64,000 nucleotides of DNA from Candidatus Binatia bacterium (GTDB lineage: Bacteria; Desulfobacterota; Binatia; Bin18), in assembly GCA_963664395.2 (NCBI GenBank), contig OY761159.2, positions 1,664,001 through 1,728,000 of the forward strand, given 5' to 3'. Below the pieces are notes generated by a model. It did no database searches and was not told the DNA's origin. It saw only the letters and a program-made list of their open reading frames with translations. Shown in pieces: positions 9,284 through 18,260 of the stretch. The number at the start of each line of letters is the position of its first letter. Within the stretch, counting starts at the first letter, position 1. Made by a program: the position numbers and the translations under genes.

Positions 9284-10151
9284 ACGCCTCCTGTGCGTCG
9301 TCTCTTTGAACGTGGGGATAGTGCGCCATGAGGGCCAGATAGGGTTGCGCCGACTTTCCACGTTTGAGCGCTCCATTGGCCAGGATGCGACACTTTTTGT
9401 GTAGCATGCGTATGGTGGCGGCCCGTTGCTGGAGAGAGAGTCGGCCCGAATCAAGCAGTTTGCGCAGCGCTACCACCCGAAAACGATCCATTCCCCAAAA
9501 CTGGTGTGACAATTGATCGGCATGGCCGCCACGTTTCAGGACTAAAGGAGTATCAATCAGATGGACAGGCTCCTGCACGCCGAGGCGCAGCCACAGATCA
9601 TAATCTTCACACGCTGGGAGCTGCGTATCAAAGCCACCCACACGCTCAAACAATTCCCGGCGCAGCATCACTGCCGAAGGACTGACAAGACAGCGGTCTA
9701 AACTCCGGACAAAAATATCACCGTGCGGTTTTCGATGCTTATTGGGCGGATTGACACGGACCCCATGACGAATCCATATTTCCTCCGTCTGACAAATGTG
9801 AGCCGTAGGCTGAGCATCAAAAAAGGCAACCTGGCGGGCCAATTTTTCGGGCTGCCAGACATCGTCAGAATCAAGAAAGGCGAGCAGCCCGCCCTGACTG
9901 GCTGTCACCCCACGATTGCGCGCGGCGGAGACGCCCTGATGCGGCTGAAAGAGGTAGCGTATGGAATGGGGCCGCACGCCCGCAAATTCTTCAACGACCT
10001 GCCGGGTTGCGTCCCGAGCCGCGTGCGTTGATCCGTCGTCCACGACAATAATTTCGCTATCCTGATACGTCTGAGCCACGGCGGAGGCCAGCGCCTCACG
10101 CAGAAAGTCGGGGCGATTATAGGTTGGTATGACAGCCGAAACTCTAGGCAT
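9267..10151 (-). CDS. Glycosyltransferase family 2
   Basis: SAVIPTYNR, VVDDGS, GVSAARNRG, FLDSDD, EDYDLWLR. Confidence 0.93.
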   Translation of the reverse strand: MPRVSAVIPTYNRPDFLREALASAVAQTYQDSEIIVVDDGSTHAARDATRQVVEEFAGVRPHSIRYLFQPHQGVSAARNRGVTASQGGLLAFLDSDDVWQPEKLARQVAFFDAQPTAHICQTEEIWIRHGVRVNPPNKHRKPHGDIFVRSLDRCLVSPSAVMLRRELFERVGGFDTQLPACEDYDLWLRLGVQEPVHLIDTPLVLKRGGHADQLSHQFWGMDRFRVVALRKLLDSGRLSLQQRAATIRMLHKKCRILANGALKRGKSAQPYLALMAHYPHVQRDDAQEAYGYTA

Positions 10152-10758
10152 CTGCTTTCCCACTCGGACTGAGAGCCGCGGGCTGTGTTGGGGTCAGTGA
10201 GAGCATCGCCTGCCAGAGGGCGACTTTGCCACGGCCATCCCGAGCCGAAAAAAAGAGCAGCGGCTCGCCCCCGATTCGCTGCGTCAGGACCTTGCGCTGC
10301 TTTTCTCGCTGGTTGTGTTTGAGCTTGTCACATTTGGTTGCCACAAAGAGAAAGGGGCGGTTGTGATGGGCCAGAAATTCAGACAGCGCCAGCTCCTCTT
10401 CTTCCGGGCCACGCCGGATATCGATAATGATGACCACCCCACACAGGTTCGGCGCGTGTATGAGATAGTCTTCGATCAGACGCCGCCAGGCCGTGCGCTC
10501 GGATTTGGCAACTTTGGCATAGCCGTAGCCGGGCAGGTCAACAAAGGTCAGGGCATTATTGATGGTAAAAAAATTGAGCTGCCGTGTACGGCCCGGAGTA
10601 TGACTTGTCCGGGCGATTTTCTGGTTCAGGAGTTGGTTGATCAACGAGGACTTGCCGACATTCGAACGACCGGCAAAAGCGATTTCCGGCTGAGGGAGTT
10701 TCGGGTACAGTCCCGGTCGCATGGCTGCGCCGACAAACTCAACACTTGAAATTTTCAC
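10144..10758 (-). CDS. engB: Ribosome biogenesis GTPase EngB/YihA
   Basis: AGRSNVGKSS, PGRT, DLPGYG, TKCD. Confidence 0.96.
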   Translation of the reverse strand: MKISSVEFVGAAMRPGLYPKLPQPEIAFAGRSNVGKSSLINQLLNQKIARTSHTPGRTRQLNFFTINNALTFVDLPGYGYAKVAKSERTAWRRLIEDYLIHAPNLCGVVIIIDIRRGPEEEELALSEFLAHHNRPFLFVATKCDKLKHNQREKQRKVLTQRIGGEPLLFFSARDGRGKVALWQAMLSLTPTQPAALSPSGKADA

Positions 10759-10895
10759 GGTCTTGACTCACGCTACATTCATACGGCCCGAACAATATCT
10801 TCAGGGTTTGGAAAGGACCATGAAGGACCATGGCTGACATATCATATTTGTGCCACCTTGACTTCCGGCCTCCTGGCTTGTTTGTTTGAGCCCGT

Positions 10896-11291
10896 ATGAA
10901 AAACGAATTATTGGGACTGACCGTTACTGCCCTCGCAATATTATCCGCAGCAATTGTGTCCGGCCTGCGGCTCAAGCCCTACATTGATGCCGACGCAACG
11001 TATACTCCTGCTTCGTTTATGCTGTATCCAGCCCTGGCTGCCGTTCTGATTGCCATCCCGCTCGTCTTCTTACTCCGCACAGTACAAGGAACAAAAGAGA
11101 TTGCGCTCGGTCCTCTCAAATTCACACAGCGCACCCCGTTTATGGCATTGTGGTGTATCTTGTATATTGTCGTTGCCGTGACCTTCTTCCCCTACGAAGG
11201 GCCTGAAGAGTCCGACCTCTTGCCTGAGCCTTCCCACCAGGAAGATACCGGGTCTCCATTAAATCAACCAGTTCATCTTCCACTGCCATGA
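10896..11291 (+). CDS. Hypothetical membrane protein (about 3 TM)
   Basis: Three hydrophobic segments; heads a co-directional gene run. Confidence 0.6.
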   Translation: MKNELLGLTVTALAILSAAIVSGLRLKPYIDADATYTPASFMLYPALAAVLIAIPLVFLLRTVQGTKEIALGPLKFTQRTPFMALWCILYIVVAVTFFPYEGPEESDLLPEPSHQEDTGSPLNQPVHLPLP

Positions 11292-11310
11292 GAGAACAAA
11301 AGAGAAGAGA

Positions 11311-11784
11311 ATGGAAGAGCACAGAAAAGAACAGAGCGGTGAAGAGACACCTGACGCAGATTTTCAGCATCCCGATAAGGAACCGGCCGTGACCGATTTC
11401 CAGCCCCACCTCGATCCATTCCAGGCGCTGTTAGGTCTTCACCTCGATACCGTGAAGCCGGAATTCTGCCGTATCTGCCTTCCCTTCAAATCCGATCTGC
11501 GTACCGCCGGCGATGTTGTTCACGGTGGGGCTATTGCCACCCTGATTGATAGCGCCGGGGTAGTCGCTGCCTGGTCTAATGCCGACCCCGGTGCAACCCG
11601 TGGAGCAACAGCAAATATCTCGGTCAGCTATTTATCGGCAGCCCACGCCGTTGATATCATCGCTGAAGCCAGGGTCATTCGGCGCGGACGGAGTCTCGTC
11701 TTTGTTGAGGTCGATGTTACGTCGCCGACTGGAGAGCCGATTGCCAAGGGTATGGTCACGTATAAGTTGGGATATAGCGTATGA
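11311..11784 (+). CDS. PaaI family thioesterase
   Basis: VHGGAIATLIDS hot-dog fold motif. Confidence 0.92.
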   Translation: MEEHRKEQSGEETPDADFQHPDKEPAVTDFQPHLDPFQALLGLHLDTVKPEFCRICLPFKSDLRTAGDVVHGGAIATLIDSAGVVAAWSNADPGATRGATANISVSYLSAAHAVDIIAEARVIRRGRSLVFVEVDVTSPTGEPIAKGMVTYKLGYSV

Positions 11785-12806
11785 CTCAATCGTCGCCTGA
11801 TCACTTCGTACAGCCGGATTTTTCGCCACCTGCTGTGTCTCCCCGGACCGTTCCCACAATCCCACCCATCCATATCATCCTGTTTGGGGCGACCCTCTTC
11901 ACCACAACGCTCGCCGGGACTTTTCAAGAAGGTGGCGACCCATTCAGCGATCCGGCTGCGCTGGTGTCAGGTTTGCCTTTTGCACTCACCCTCATGCTTA
12001 TTTTGCTCAGTCACGAGATGGGGCATTACGTCCTGGCCCGCATCCACGGCGTCTGGGCCAGCCTGCCGTATTTCATTCCTGGGCCACCGTTCTTTGTTGG
12101 GACTTTTGGCGCGTTTATTCGCATGAAATCGGCCCCGGCCAATCGATGTGCATTGTTTGATATTGGCGCGGCCGGCCCCTGGGCCGGGGTCGTCTTCGCC
12201 ATTCCGGCTGTTGTCGTTGGTCTGGCGCTCTCCGAGGTGCGCCCGCTCGATCCTTTTTCGGGCGGAATCATTCTCGGCGACTCTGTCCTGTTCTCTACCT
12301 TAACATCGCTCGTTCTTGGCGTTTCCGCTGATGATGTCAGCGTCATACTCCATCCGATTGCGCTGGCCGGTTGGTTTGGCCTGTTTGTCACCTTTCTCAA
12401 TCTCCTGCCGGTTGGGCAACTCGATGGCGGCCATGTTGTCTACTCGCTCTTTGGGTCGGCTCACCGCTGGGTCGCGCGAGCCTTTCTGCTGGTTATTCTG
12501 GTGCTGGGTTTTCAGGGCTGGCAGGGCTGGTTTGTGTGGGTCGTCCTGTTAGCCGTCTTGGGCATCGATCATCCGCCGACAGACGAGCAGGTGTTGCCCC
12601 TTGATCGCAAGCGGACCATCTATGGCTGGTGTACGGTTGGGCTCTTTGTCTTGACTTTTACGCCCGTCCCCATCACCTTGACCGAGGGTTTGACACTCCC
12701 GGCGGGAGATGTCACTCCTGTGGCTCATAACCCGACGGCGTATTACAGCGGGCAGCAACCCGTCTCGTCGCCGTCGTCAGCCTGGACTGTGGTGTATCAA
12801 CCATGA
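11781..12806 (+). CDS. Site-2 protease (M50) family metalloprotease
   Basis: HEMGH zinc motif, [11 protein letters not shown], multiple TM segments. Confidence 0.93.
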   Translation: MTQSSPDHFVQPDFSPPAVSPRTVPTIPPIHIILFGATLFTTTLAGTFQEGGDPFSDPAALVSGLPFALTLMLILLSHEMGHYVLARIHGVWASLPYFIPGPPFFVGTFGAFIRMKSAPANRCALFDIGAAGPWAGVVFAIPAVVVGLALSEVRPLDPFSGGIILGDSVLFSTLTSLVLGVSADDVSVILHPIALAGWFGLFVTFLNLLPVGQLDGGHVVYSLFGSAHRWVARAFLLVILVLGFQGWQGWFVWVVLLAVLGIDHPPTDEQVLPLDRKRTIYGWCTVGLFVLTFTPVPITLTEGLTLPAGDVTPVAHNPTAYYSGQQPVSSPSSAWTVVYQP

Positions 12807-13264
12807 CTGATCGGACAGAGCGTCTTTCGTGGCATCAATACTTTATGACCATTACGCGCCAGGTGGCCGAGCGTTCGACCTGCCAACGCGCCAGGGTTGG
12901 GGCCGTCATCGTTCGCGAGCGGAATATTCTGACTACGGGCTACAACGGTGCGCCGGCCGGCATGCCCCATTGCACCGAGGTTGGCTGCCTGATTTACGAA
13001 TCAAAGACCCCGACCGGGGAGACCGAGGAAAACTGCTACCGGACCATCCACGCGGAAATCAATGCTATTGCACAAGCGGCAAAAAATGGCACCAATATCA
13101 GTGGGGCGGATATCTATGTGACCCACACCCCGTGTATCCATTGTCTCAAAGTGCTAGTGAATACCGGCATCCGGCGCATCTTTTACGAGAAGGCGTATAA
13201 GCTGCACACCACACAGGAATTGCTGGCTTCCTCTCAGGTCGAATTGCAGCAAGTTGAACAGTAA
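12803..13264 (+). CDS. dCMP deaminase / ComEB family
   Basis: RSTC, TGYNG, HAE, PCIHC. Confidence 0.92.
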   Translation: MTDRTERLSWHQYFMTITRQVAERSTCQRARVGAVIVRERNILTTGYNGAPAGMPHCTEVGCLIYESKTPTGETEENCYRTIHAEINAIAQAAKNGTNISGADIYVTHTPCIHCLKVLVNTGIRRIFYEKAYKLHTTQELLASSQVELQQVEQ

Positions 13265-13341
13265 ACGGGCGAACGGGTACGGCTCAGTTGAGCGCAGCCG
13301 TCACCAGCTTCCGACTTGGCCGGGACTCCGAGCCAGCGTCT

Positions 13342-13494
13342 CTATTTTTTTGTTTCGGCTGATTGGGCTACGGGTTGAGCGGACAACCCCTCATAGGCGT
13401 CGAATTGCTTGGCAGCCGCAAATAACAGCGCGGACAAGACAAGCGCGGTAATGAGCATATCGAGGGCACTGAGCCCGGCTTGGCTCTTGATCAC
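13342..13494 (-). CDS. Small (50 aa) prepilin-like membrane protein, not in the ORF track
   Basis: GTG start with GGAG RBS; translation MIKSQAG/LSALDMLITALVLSALLFAAAKQFDAYEGLSAQPVAQSAETKK; begins 19 bp after the lpxL stop. Confidence 0.65.
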   Translation of the reverse strand: MIKSQAGLSALDMLITALVLSALLFAAAKQFDAYEGLSAQPVAQSAETKK

Positions 13495-13513
13495 AGTTCT
13501 ACTCCATATACGG

Positions 13514-14548
13514 CTAGCTGTAGATGGGCGGGTCTCCGTCCGGACGACGCTTCCAACGCTTGTGTATCCACAGCCAGTGCTCGGGATGTTGTTCGACCAT
13601 AGCCTGAAATACGGCCGTACACTTTTCGGTGGTTGCCCGGATGTCCTCTTCCTGATTACCAGTCCGGACCGGTTCGATCAACGGTAAGATCACGACCTTA
13701 TGCTTGCACGAACCGTTCTCGCGAATCAGAAAAGCCGGCACAATGGGAACTCCGGTCGTCAACGCCAGACCGGCCAGGCCGGCCGAGGTCGAAGCCAGCC
13801 GCGAAAAAAACGGCACGAACACGCCCAGCCGCCCGGACGCGTTCTGATCGACCGCCGCAACAACAAGACTTTTTTTCTTAATCGCCCGCAAGACCTCAAG
13901 ACCGGCCGTAGTCTTCTTAATGACCTTGGTCCCGCACCGTTCGCGCTCTGTGGTCAGTACCTTTTCAATAAAAACATTCTGCAAACGACGATGGATGATG
14001 TGCGCAGGCAGGCCGTAACACGCAACCGCATGGGCGAAGAGTTCCCAGTTGCCAAAATGTCCGGTCAGAATCAGCGCACCAGTGGCGCGCAGCGGCTCAA
14101 CCAGTTGGCGCCATTCCGCTTCGTTCTCGAGCTGCACCCGCTCGTGAATATTCTCCGGGGTGAGGGAACGTAAATGGCAAAACTCAGCCAGTAAGCGGCC
14201 AAGGTTCCGAAAACTCTCACGCAAAATACGGTGCTGTTCAGCTGTACTCTTTGCCGGAAAAGCAAGCGCCAGATTCGTCAGCCCCACCTTACGATGCGGC
14301 CAGTCTATCCAGTAGAGGAGATTCCCAATGCCTTCACCCACCCGAAACGCGACGCGAAATGGCACCACACGAAGGCAGGTGAAGAGGGCAAGGAACAGCA
14401 CATATTCGATCCGAGCAAGAGTATTATTTTTCTCACGAGCCGGACGGGTGATTTTTTTTCGGCGGGGTCGTTCCCGTTGAGGAACAGCCTGCTCGGTCCG
14501 GGCAGGCACAGCAGGATCTTGTGCGGCAGCCATGATCCCTTCTGGCAT
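13514..14548 (-). CDS. lpxL: Lipid A biosynthesis acyltransferase (LpxL/HtrB family)
   Basis: GHFGNWE, DQ..G.FVPFF, PEHWLWIHKRWK. Confidence 0.88.
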   Translation of the reverse strand: MPEGIMAAAQDPAVPARTEQAVPQRERPRRKKITRPAREKNNTLARIEYVLFLALFTCLRVVPFRVAFRVGEGIGNLLYWIDWPHRKVGLTNLALAFPAKSTAEQHRILRESFRNLGRLLAEFCHLRSLTPENIHERVQLENEAEWRQLVEPLRATGALILTGHFGNWELFAHAVACYGLPAHIIHRRLQNVFIEKVLTTERERCGTKVIKKTTAGLEVLRAIKKKSLVVAAVDQNASGRLGVFVPFFSRLASTSAGLAGLALTTGVPIVPAFLIRENGSCKHKVVILPLIEPVRTGNQEEDIRATTEKCTAVFQAMVEQHPEHWLWIHKRWKRRPDGDPPIYS

Positions 14549-14575
14549 GACTACGAGATATGCCAGGAATGACGG

Positions 14576-15145
14576 TTACGCTGCGGGTGCATCAGAAAAC
14601 GAAAAGCCAAACGCTTCCCGTTCCTTGGCCACCAAGTCAGCAACGACCTGCCGATCAATATCTCGGTAGCGTTGGAGGGTTTCCCGCATTTTTTCTTCAC
14701 CACCGTTTGCTCTCGCCATCTCTTTCAGCTCGTCTTTGATCCAGCCGATATGCCATTTTTCGTCTTTGGTCACTTCGTGTAAGATTTCGAGCGTCTCAGG
14801 ATCGGCATCCGACCGTTGGGCGTGTTCAATATATCGGCGCTGGGCGCGCTCTTCGACCACGACCGTGAGAGCGAAGAGATCAATCAACGAGCGAGGAATG
14901 CCAACGGCTTTGCCGATGCGGGTTTGGTAGCCATCATCAATAGGGACTGGTTCAAAACCCAGGTCGGTAATACGTTTCGTCCACAACCAGGCGTGACGGG
15001 TTTCGTCAGCGAGATGCCGAGATAATTTGACTTGTGACTCAGTATCTTCGACTCGCAGCGTCAATTTTAGCAGGAGTGTCGCACCCCGTAGCTCAGCATC
15101 ACGGTAATAGCTATACAAATGAATCATCCGAGTATCTATAGACAT
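14576..15145 (-). CDS. Ferritin-like diiron-carboxylate protein
   Basis: Ligand pattern E...DETRH...E...DEKWH; RBS before ATG 15145. Confidence 0.8.
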   Translation of the reverse strand: MSIDTRMIHLYSYYRDAELRGATLLLKLTLRVEDTESQVKLSRHLADETRHAWLWTKRITDLGFEPVPIDDGYQTRIGKAVGIPRSLIDLFALTVVVEERAQRRYIEHAQRSDADPETLEILHEVTKDEKWHIGWIKDELKEMARANGGEEKMRETLQRYRDIDRQVVADLVAKEREAFGFSFSDAPAA

Positions 15146-15307
15146 ATTATGTCCACCCTCCACCCAGAGGGCTCCGGTCTCTTCCCGGCGGGAAGAGACT
15201 TTCACCACCACAGGCTTCTCCCGGTATAGAGCAATGGTCACAGGAAAGCAAGAACCTCAACATTGCGCTAAGCATCGACAAATACTTCATTTTTTTGTAC
15301 CGTAAGG

Positions 15308-16366
15308 ATGATGGAGTTGACTCTCCTCCCTGTAAAAGATTCCTCCTTTCGGCTGAATGTTGTGCTCTGGAGCGGATTGCTGTGTATTTTGCACGGCCTG
15401 ACCGGCTGTGGGGAGAGCGCAGACACCCGACTGGTGGCCCGGCCGGCTGGGCCCTATCATATTACGCTTGATCTTGGAGCAACCGTCCCGCGGGCTGGCC
15501 AAGAAACGACCCTCACCTTTCACATTACCCATACGAAGACGCAACAACCGGTGTCCGACTTACAGATATTGCACCAACGAGCACTCCACACCTTTATTGT
15601 GAGCCGTGATTTATCCACCTTTGCCCACACTCACCACGAGGACTATACTCCGTTCACCGACCAGGACCGGCAGCTCGCCCGTTTCCGTTTCCCATACACT
15701 TTTCCCAAAGCGGGACACTATTTCATCGTCAACGAGTTTACCCACAAGAATAGAAGTTGGACCAAACATTTCACGCTGACGGTCACGGGAGAGCCTGGCC
15801 CGCCGCCTCCCAAGCCTGTCCTGAGCACAGTCGAAGGGCACGACGTGCGCCAGGAAAAACGATTCGGTTCGTATCGCGTTTCCTTACGCACTTCGCCTTC
15901 TCCGCCCATTGCCGGCCACGAGGTAGAGATTGTGTGCCATCTCAGCGCCGCAGATGGCACTCCGGTCAAGAATTTGGGTCTCTATCTTGGAACCGAAGTC
16001 CATATGGCAAGCTGGCGCCTGGACGGCGAGCATTTCGGCCATCAGCATACATACACGTCGGAGATGGCCCGTTTTATGGAAGGCATGCGCGGGCATAGCA
16101 TGTCGTCAGACCAGATGGCCCGACTCATGGTACAGCTCATGAGCCGTCCGACAAAGCAGGAGTATTTTGGCCCGGACGTACCGCTGCATCATGTCTTCCC
16201 CACCGCTGGCGTGTATAAAGTCTTCTTGGAGTTTGCACCCAATGGGGAGTATCTGCCGGTCGATTTTCTGATCACTGTCGCCGAATATGCAGACGACGCA
16301 GATACAACTATTCATTCTGTCCTGCAAGAATCGGCAAACCAGCCGGACAGTGAGGCTCTTTTGTGA
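15308..16366 (+). CDS. His/Met-rich putative metal-binding lipoprotein with two repeated domains
   Basis: Lipobox LTGC; repeated H..IV....FAHTH and H..SW....FGHQH, each followed by FP..G.Y; Met-rich insert. Confidence 0.65.
   Translation: MMELTLLPVKDSSFRLNVVLWSGLLCILHGLTGCGESADTRLVARPAGPYHITLDLGATVPRAGQETTLTFHITHTKTQQPVSDLQILHQRALHTFIVSRDLSTFAHTHHEDYTPFTDQDRQLARFRFPYTFPKAGHYFIVNEFTHKNRSWTKHFTLTVTGEPGPPPPKPVLSTVEGHDVRQEKRFGSYRVSLRTSPSPPIAGHEVEIVCHLSAADGTPVKNLGLYLGTEVHMASWRLDGEHFGHQHTYTSEMARFMEGMRGHSMSSDQMARLMVQLMSRPTKQEYFGPDVPLHHVFPTAGVYKVFLEFAPNGEYLPVDFLITVAEYADDADTTIHSVLQESANQPDSEALL
15814..15839 (+). repeat. Intragenic palindromic repeat, copy 1
   Basis: GCCTGTCCTGAGCACAGTCGAAGGGC, near-identical to the copy at 29316. 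Confidence 0.8.
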
Positions 16367-17007
16367 AACCGCGCGCCCACCGTAAGAGCCTGTGCAACGG
16401 TCTGCTCGTTCTTTTTCTTTTTGTGTGGTCTCCCGCATTTGCCGGCCACGGTTTTGTCACGACCTTTGGTAATATCGAATGGTTGCCGGAACCCGGACGT
16501 ACACCGGACAATGCCTGGTATCAACTCGATTCCTGGTCCGAAACGGGGCAACTCTGGCTGGCTACAACCTCACAGCAGGTCGTTAATCTTTCGCTCAGCT
16601 TTGCCCGAGAAAAATTGGCAGAAGCCGAAGTCATGCTGATCGCCCAGGATACAACCGCGGCCCAGGTCGCGCTGGATCAATACTGGTATTATATCGATCG
16701 GGCCGAGCAGGCTATTCCAAAAGCCGCAGATGGGCAGGCAGATGAACAGGATGAGGCTACCATCGCCCTGCTCGAAACGCTGACAACCAACCTGCTTGAG
16801 CACCAGTACATCCTGACCATCATCCATACGGACCTTTCTGTTGAGTCGCGCAGCATCCTGCGAGAGGTCTTCACCACCGCTCAAAAGCGCTATCCACGCA
16901 TAGCCGACCGTCTGCCGCGCAAAAAACGCGGCCCCCTCTTTTTCAAAGAGGAAGAGGTGCGCTGGTCAATTGAAATGGCGATTCGAGAGGATGAGGAAGC
17001 TGGGTAG
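16363..17007 (+). CDS. Exported DUF5667-like helical protein
   Basis: Signal peptide; PGRTPDNAWYQLD..SE and FAREKLAEAE resemble DUF5667. Confidence 0.6.
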   Translation: MKPRAHRKSLCNGLLVLFLFVWSPAFAGHGFVTTFGNIEWLPEPGRTPDNAWYQLDSWSETGQLWLATTSQQVVNLSLSFAREKLAEAEVMLIAQDTTAAQVALDQYWYYIDRAEQAIPKAADGQADEQDEATIALLETLTTNLLEHQYILTIIHTDLSVESRSILREVFTTAQKRYPRIADRLPRKKRGPLFFKEEEVRWSIEMAIREDEEAG

Positions 17008-17135
17008 CGTATGCAAAACAAATTCTGATAGGGACCTCGGTTCTCTATGAATCTGGTTGAACCGAGTTAAACCTAGTTGGGGTGTGCGGATTCGCTAACC
17101 AGGATGTATTTTGAAATGTTTAGAGGAAACTAATA

Positions 17136-17651
17136 ATGAAAAATATTTTAACCGCTTTATGTTGTTTTATTGTCGTAACAAGCAATTGCAGCGGTAAAAA
17201 CGATCCTCTCCCTTTAACAAAAGAACATATTAATGAGACAGTAAGCCAAGGTTCAAAGTCCAATCTAACCTTACCAACAGGGACCCATAAGGGGTGTGTT
17301 ACAGTGCCGGGGAGTTTCATTCAAAGAACAATGGTAGATTTTCAATTTACAGGAGAAGAATGTTCTTTCACAATCAGTGCAAATAATCATATGGCTGTCA
17401 GTTTCTTAGGTGACACTGCTTTCCCCGTTTTTAGTACAGGCCCCAGAAGGTATCCCGAGGATGTTTATGTTGCAGAACTGGAGAATAATCAATTGCTGGT
17501 TGTTCAACACAACACTCAGGGCAGTTTTATAACCGTTACCCAAACTGTTTATGACAGAAATAATATGGCAGTCTATGACCAACATGGAGAAGGGAGCTAC
17601 ATTAAAAAATGTTTTCCAATGAGACCCCCCGCAAAATGCGGGAAAAAATAA
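17136..17651 (+). CDS. AT-rich hypothetical exported protein / lipoprotein
   Basis: GAGG RBS; signal-like N-terminus ending at a Cys; strongly AT-rich codons. Confidence 0.65.
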   Translation: MKNILTALCCFIVVTSNCSGKNDPLPLTKEHINETVSQGSKSNLTLPTGTHKGCVTVPGSFIQRTMVDFQFTGEECSFTISANNHMAVSFLGDTAFPVFSTGPRRYPEDVYVAELENNQLLVVQHNTQGSFITVTQTVYDRNNMAVYDQHGEGSYIKKCFPMRPPAKCGKK

Positions 17652-17704
17652 CCATCCCTCATTAAAAACCAAAAGGGTATTATAAAACTAATGCCTAGCT
17701 TGGA

Positions 17705-17734
17705 GGAGGGGCAGTAAATAAACCCTGCCCCTCC
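17705..17734. terminator. Stem-loop, probable terminator
   Basis: Perfect 10-bp stem GGAGGGGCAG-N10-CTGCCCCTCC. Confidence 0.55.
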
Positions 17735-17822
17735 ATCAACAAATAGAGGGCATTGACCTGTCCCGCCGGAAAGATACGGGCCAGACCTCTGAACTACCTT
17801 GTCGATACCAAGAAAAACTCTC

Positions 17823-18179
17823 ATGCAAAAAAAGGATACGGAGCCACTTGCCCCAGAAGAACTTGACGACGGCCCCTTCCCCGACCCCATTGTCGTGCCC
17901 ATTGAGGATGTGATTGACCTCCATCCTTTTGCGCCTAAAGAAATCCGCAGCGTCGTAGAGGAATATTTACGCGAGTGTTGCACCGCAGGATTTACCCAGG
18001 TGCGCCTCATCCACGGCAAAGGCAAGGGGGTCCAGCGCGAGAGTATTCGTGCGCTGCTCGCTCGCCTGCCCTATATCACAGACTGTGCTGATGCGCCCAT
18101 GGAGGCGGGCGGTTGGGGCGCGACCATTGTCTACCTCGACCCGTCGCGGGTAAACCCGGCGGGTAGCCGTGAACCGTAA
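17823..18179 (+). CDS. Standalone Smr/MutS2 domain protein
   Basis: IDLH, IHGKGKG, GGWGAT. Confidence 0.9.
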   Translation: MQKKDTEPLAPEELDDGPFPDPIVVPIEDVIDLHPFAPKEIRSVVEEYLRECCTAGFTQVRLIHGKGKGVQRESIRALLARLPYITDCADAPMEAGGWGATIVYLDPSRVNPAGSREP

Positions 18180-18260
18180 ATCCATTATCCGTAGCGGAAA
18201 AATTTCTCTTGCGCGGCTCTCCTGCAACGGGATACAAATAACGGGAAAAGGAGAGGGTCC

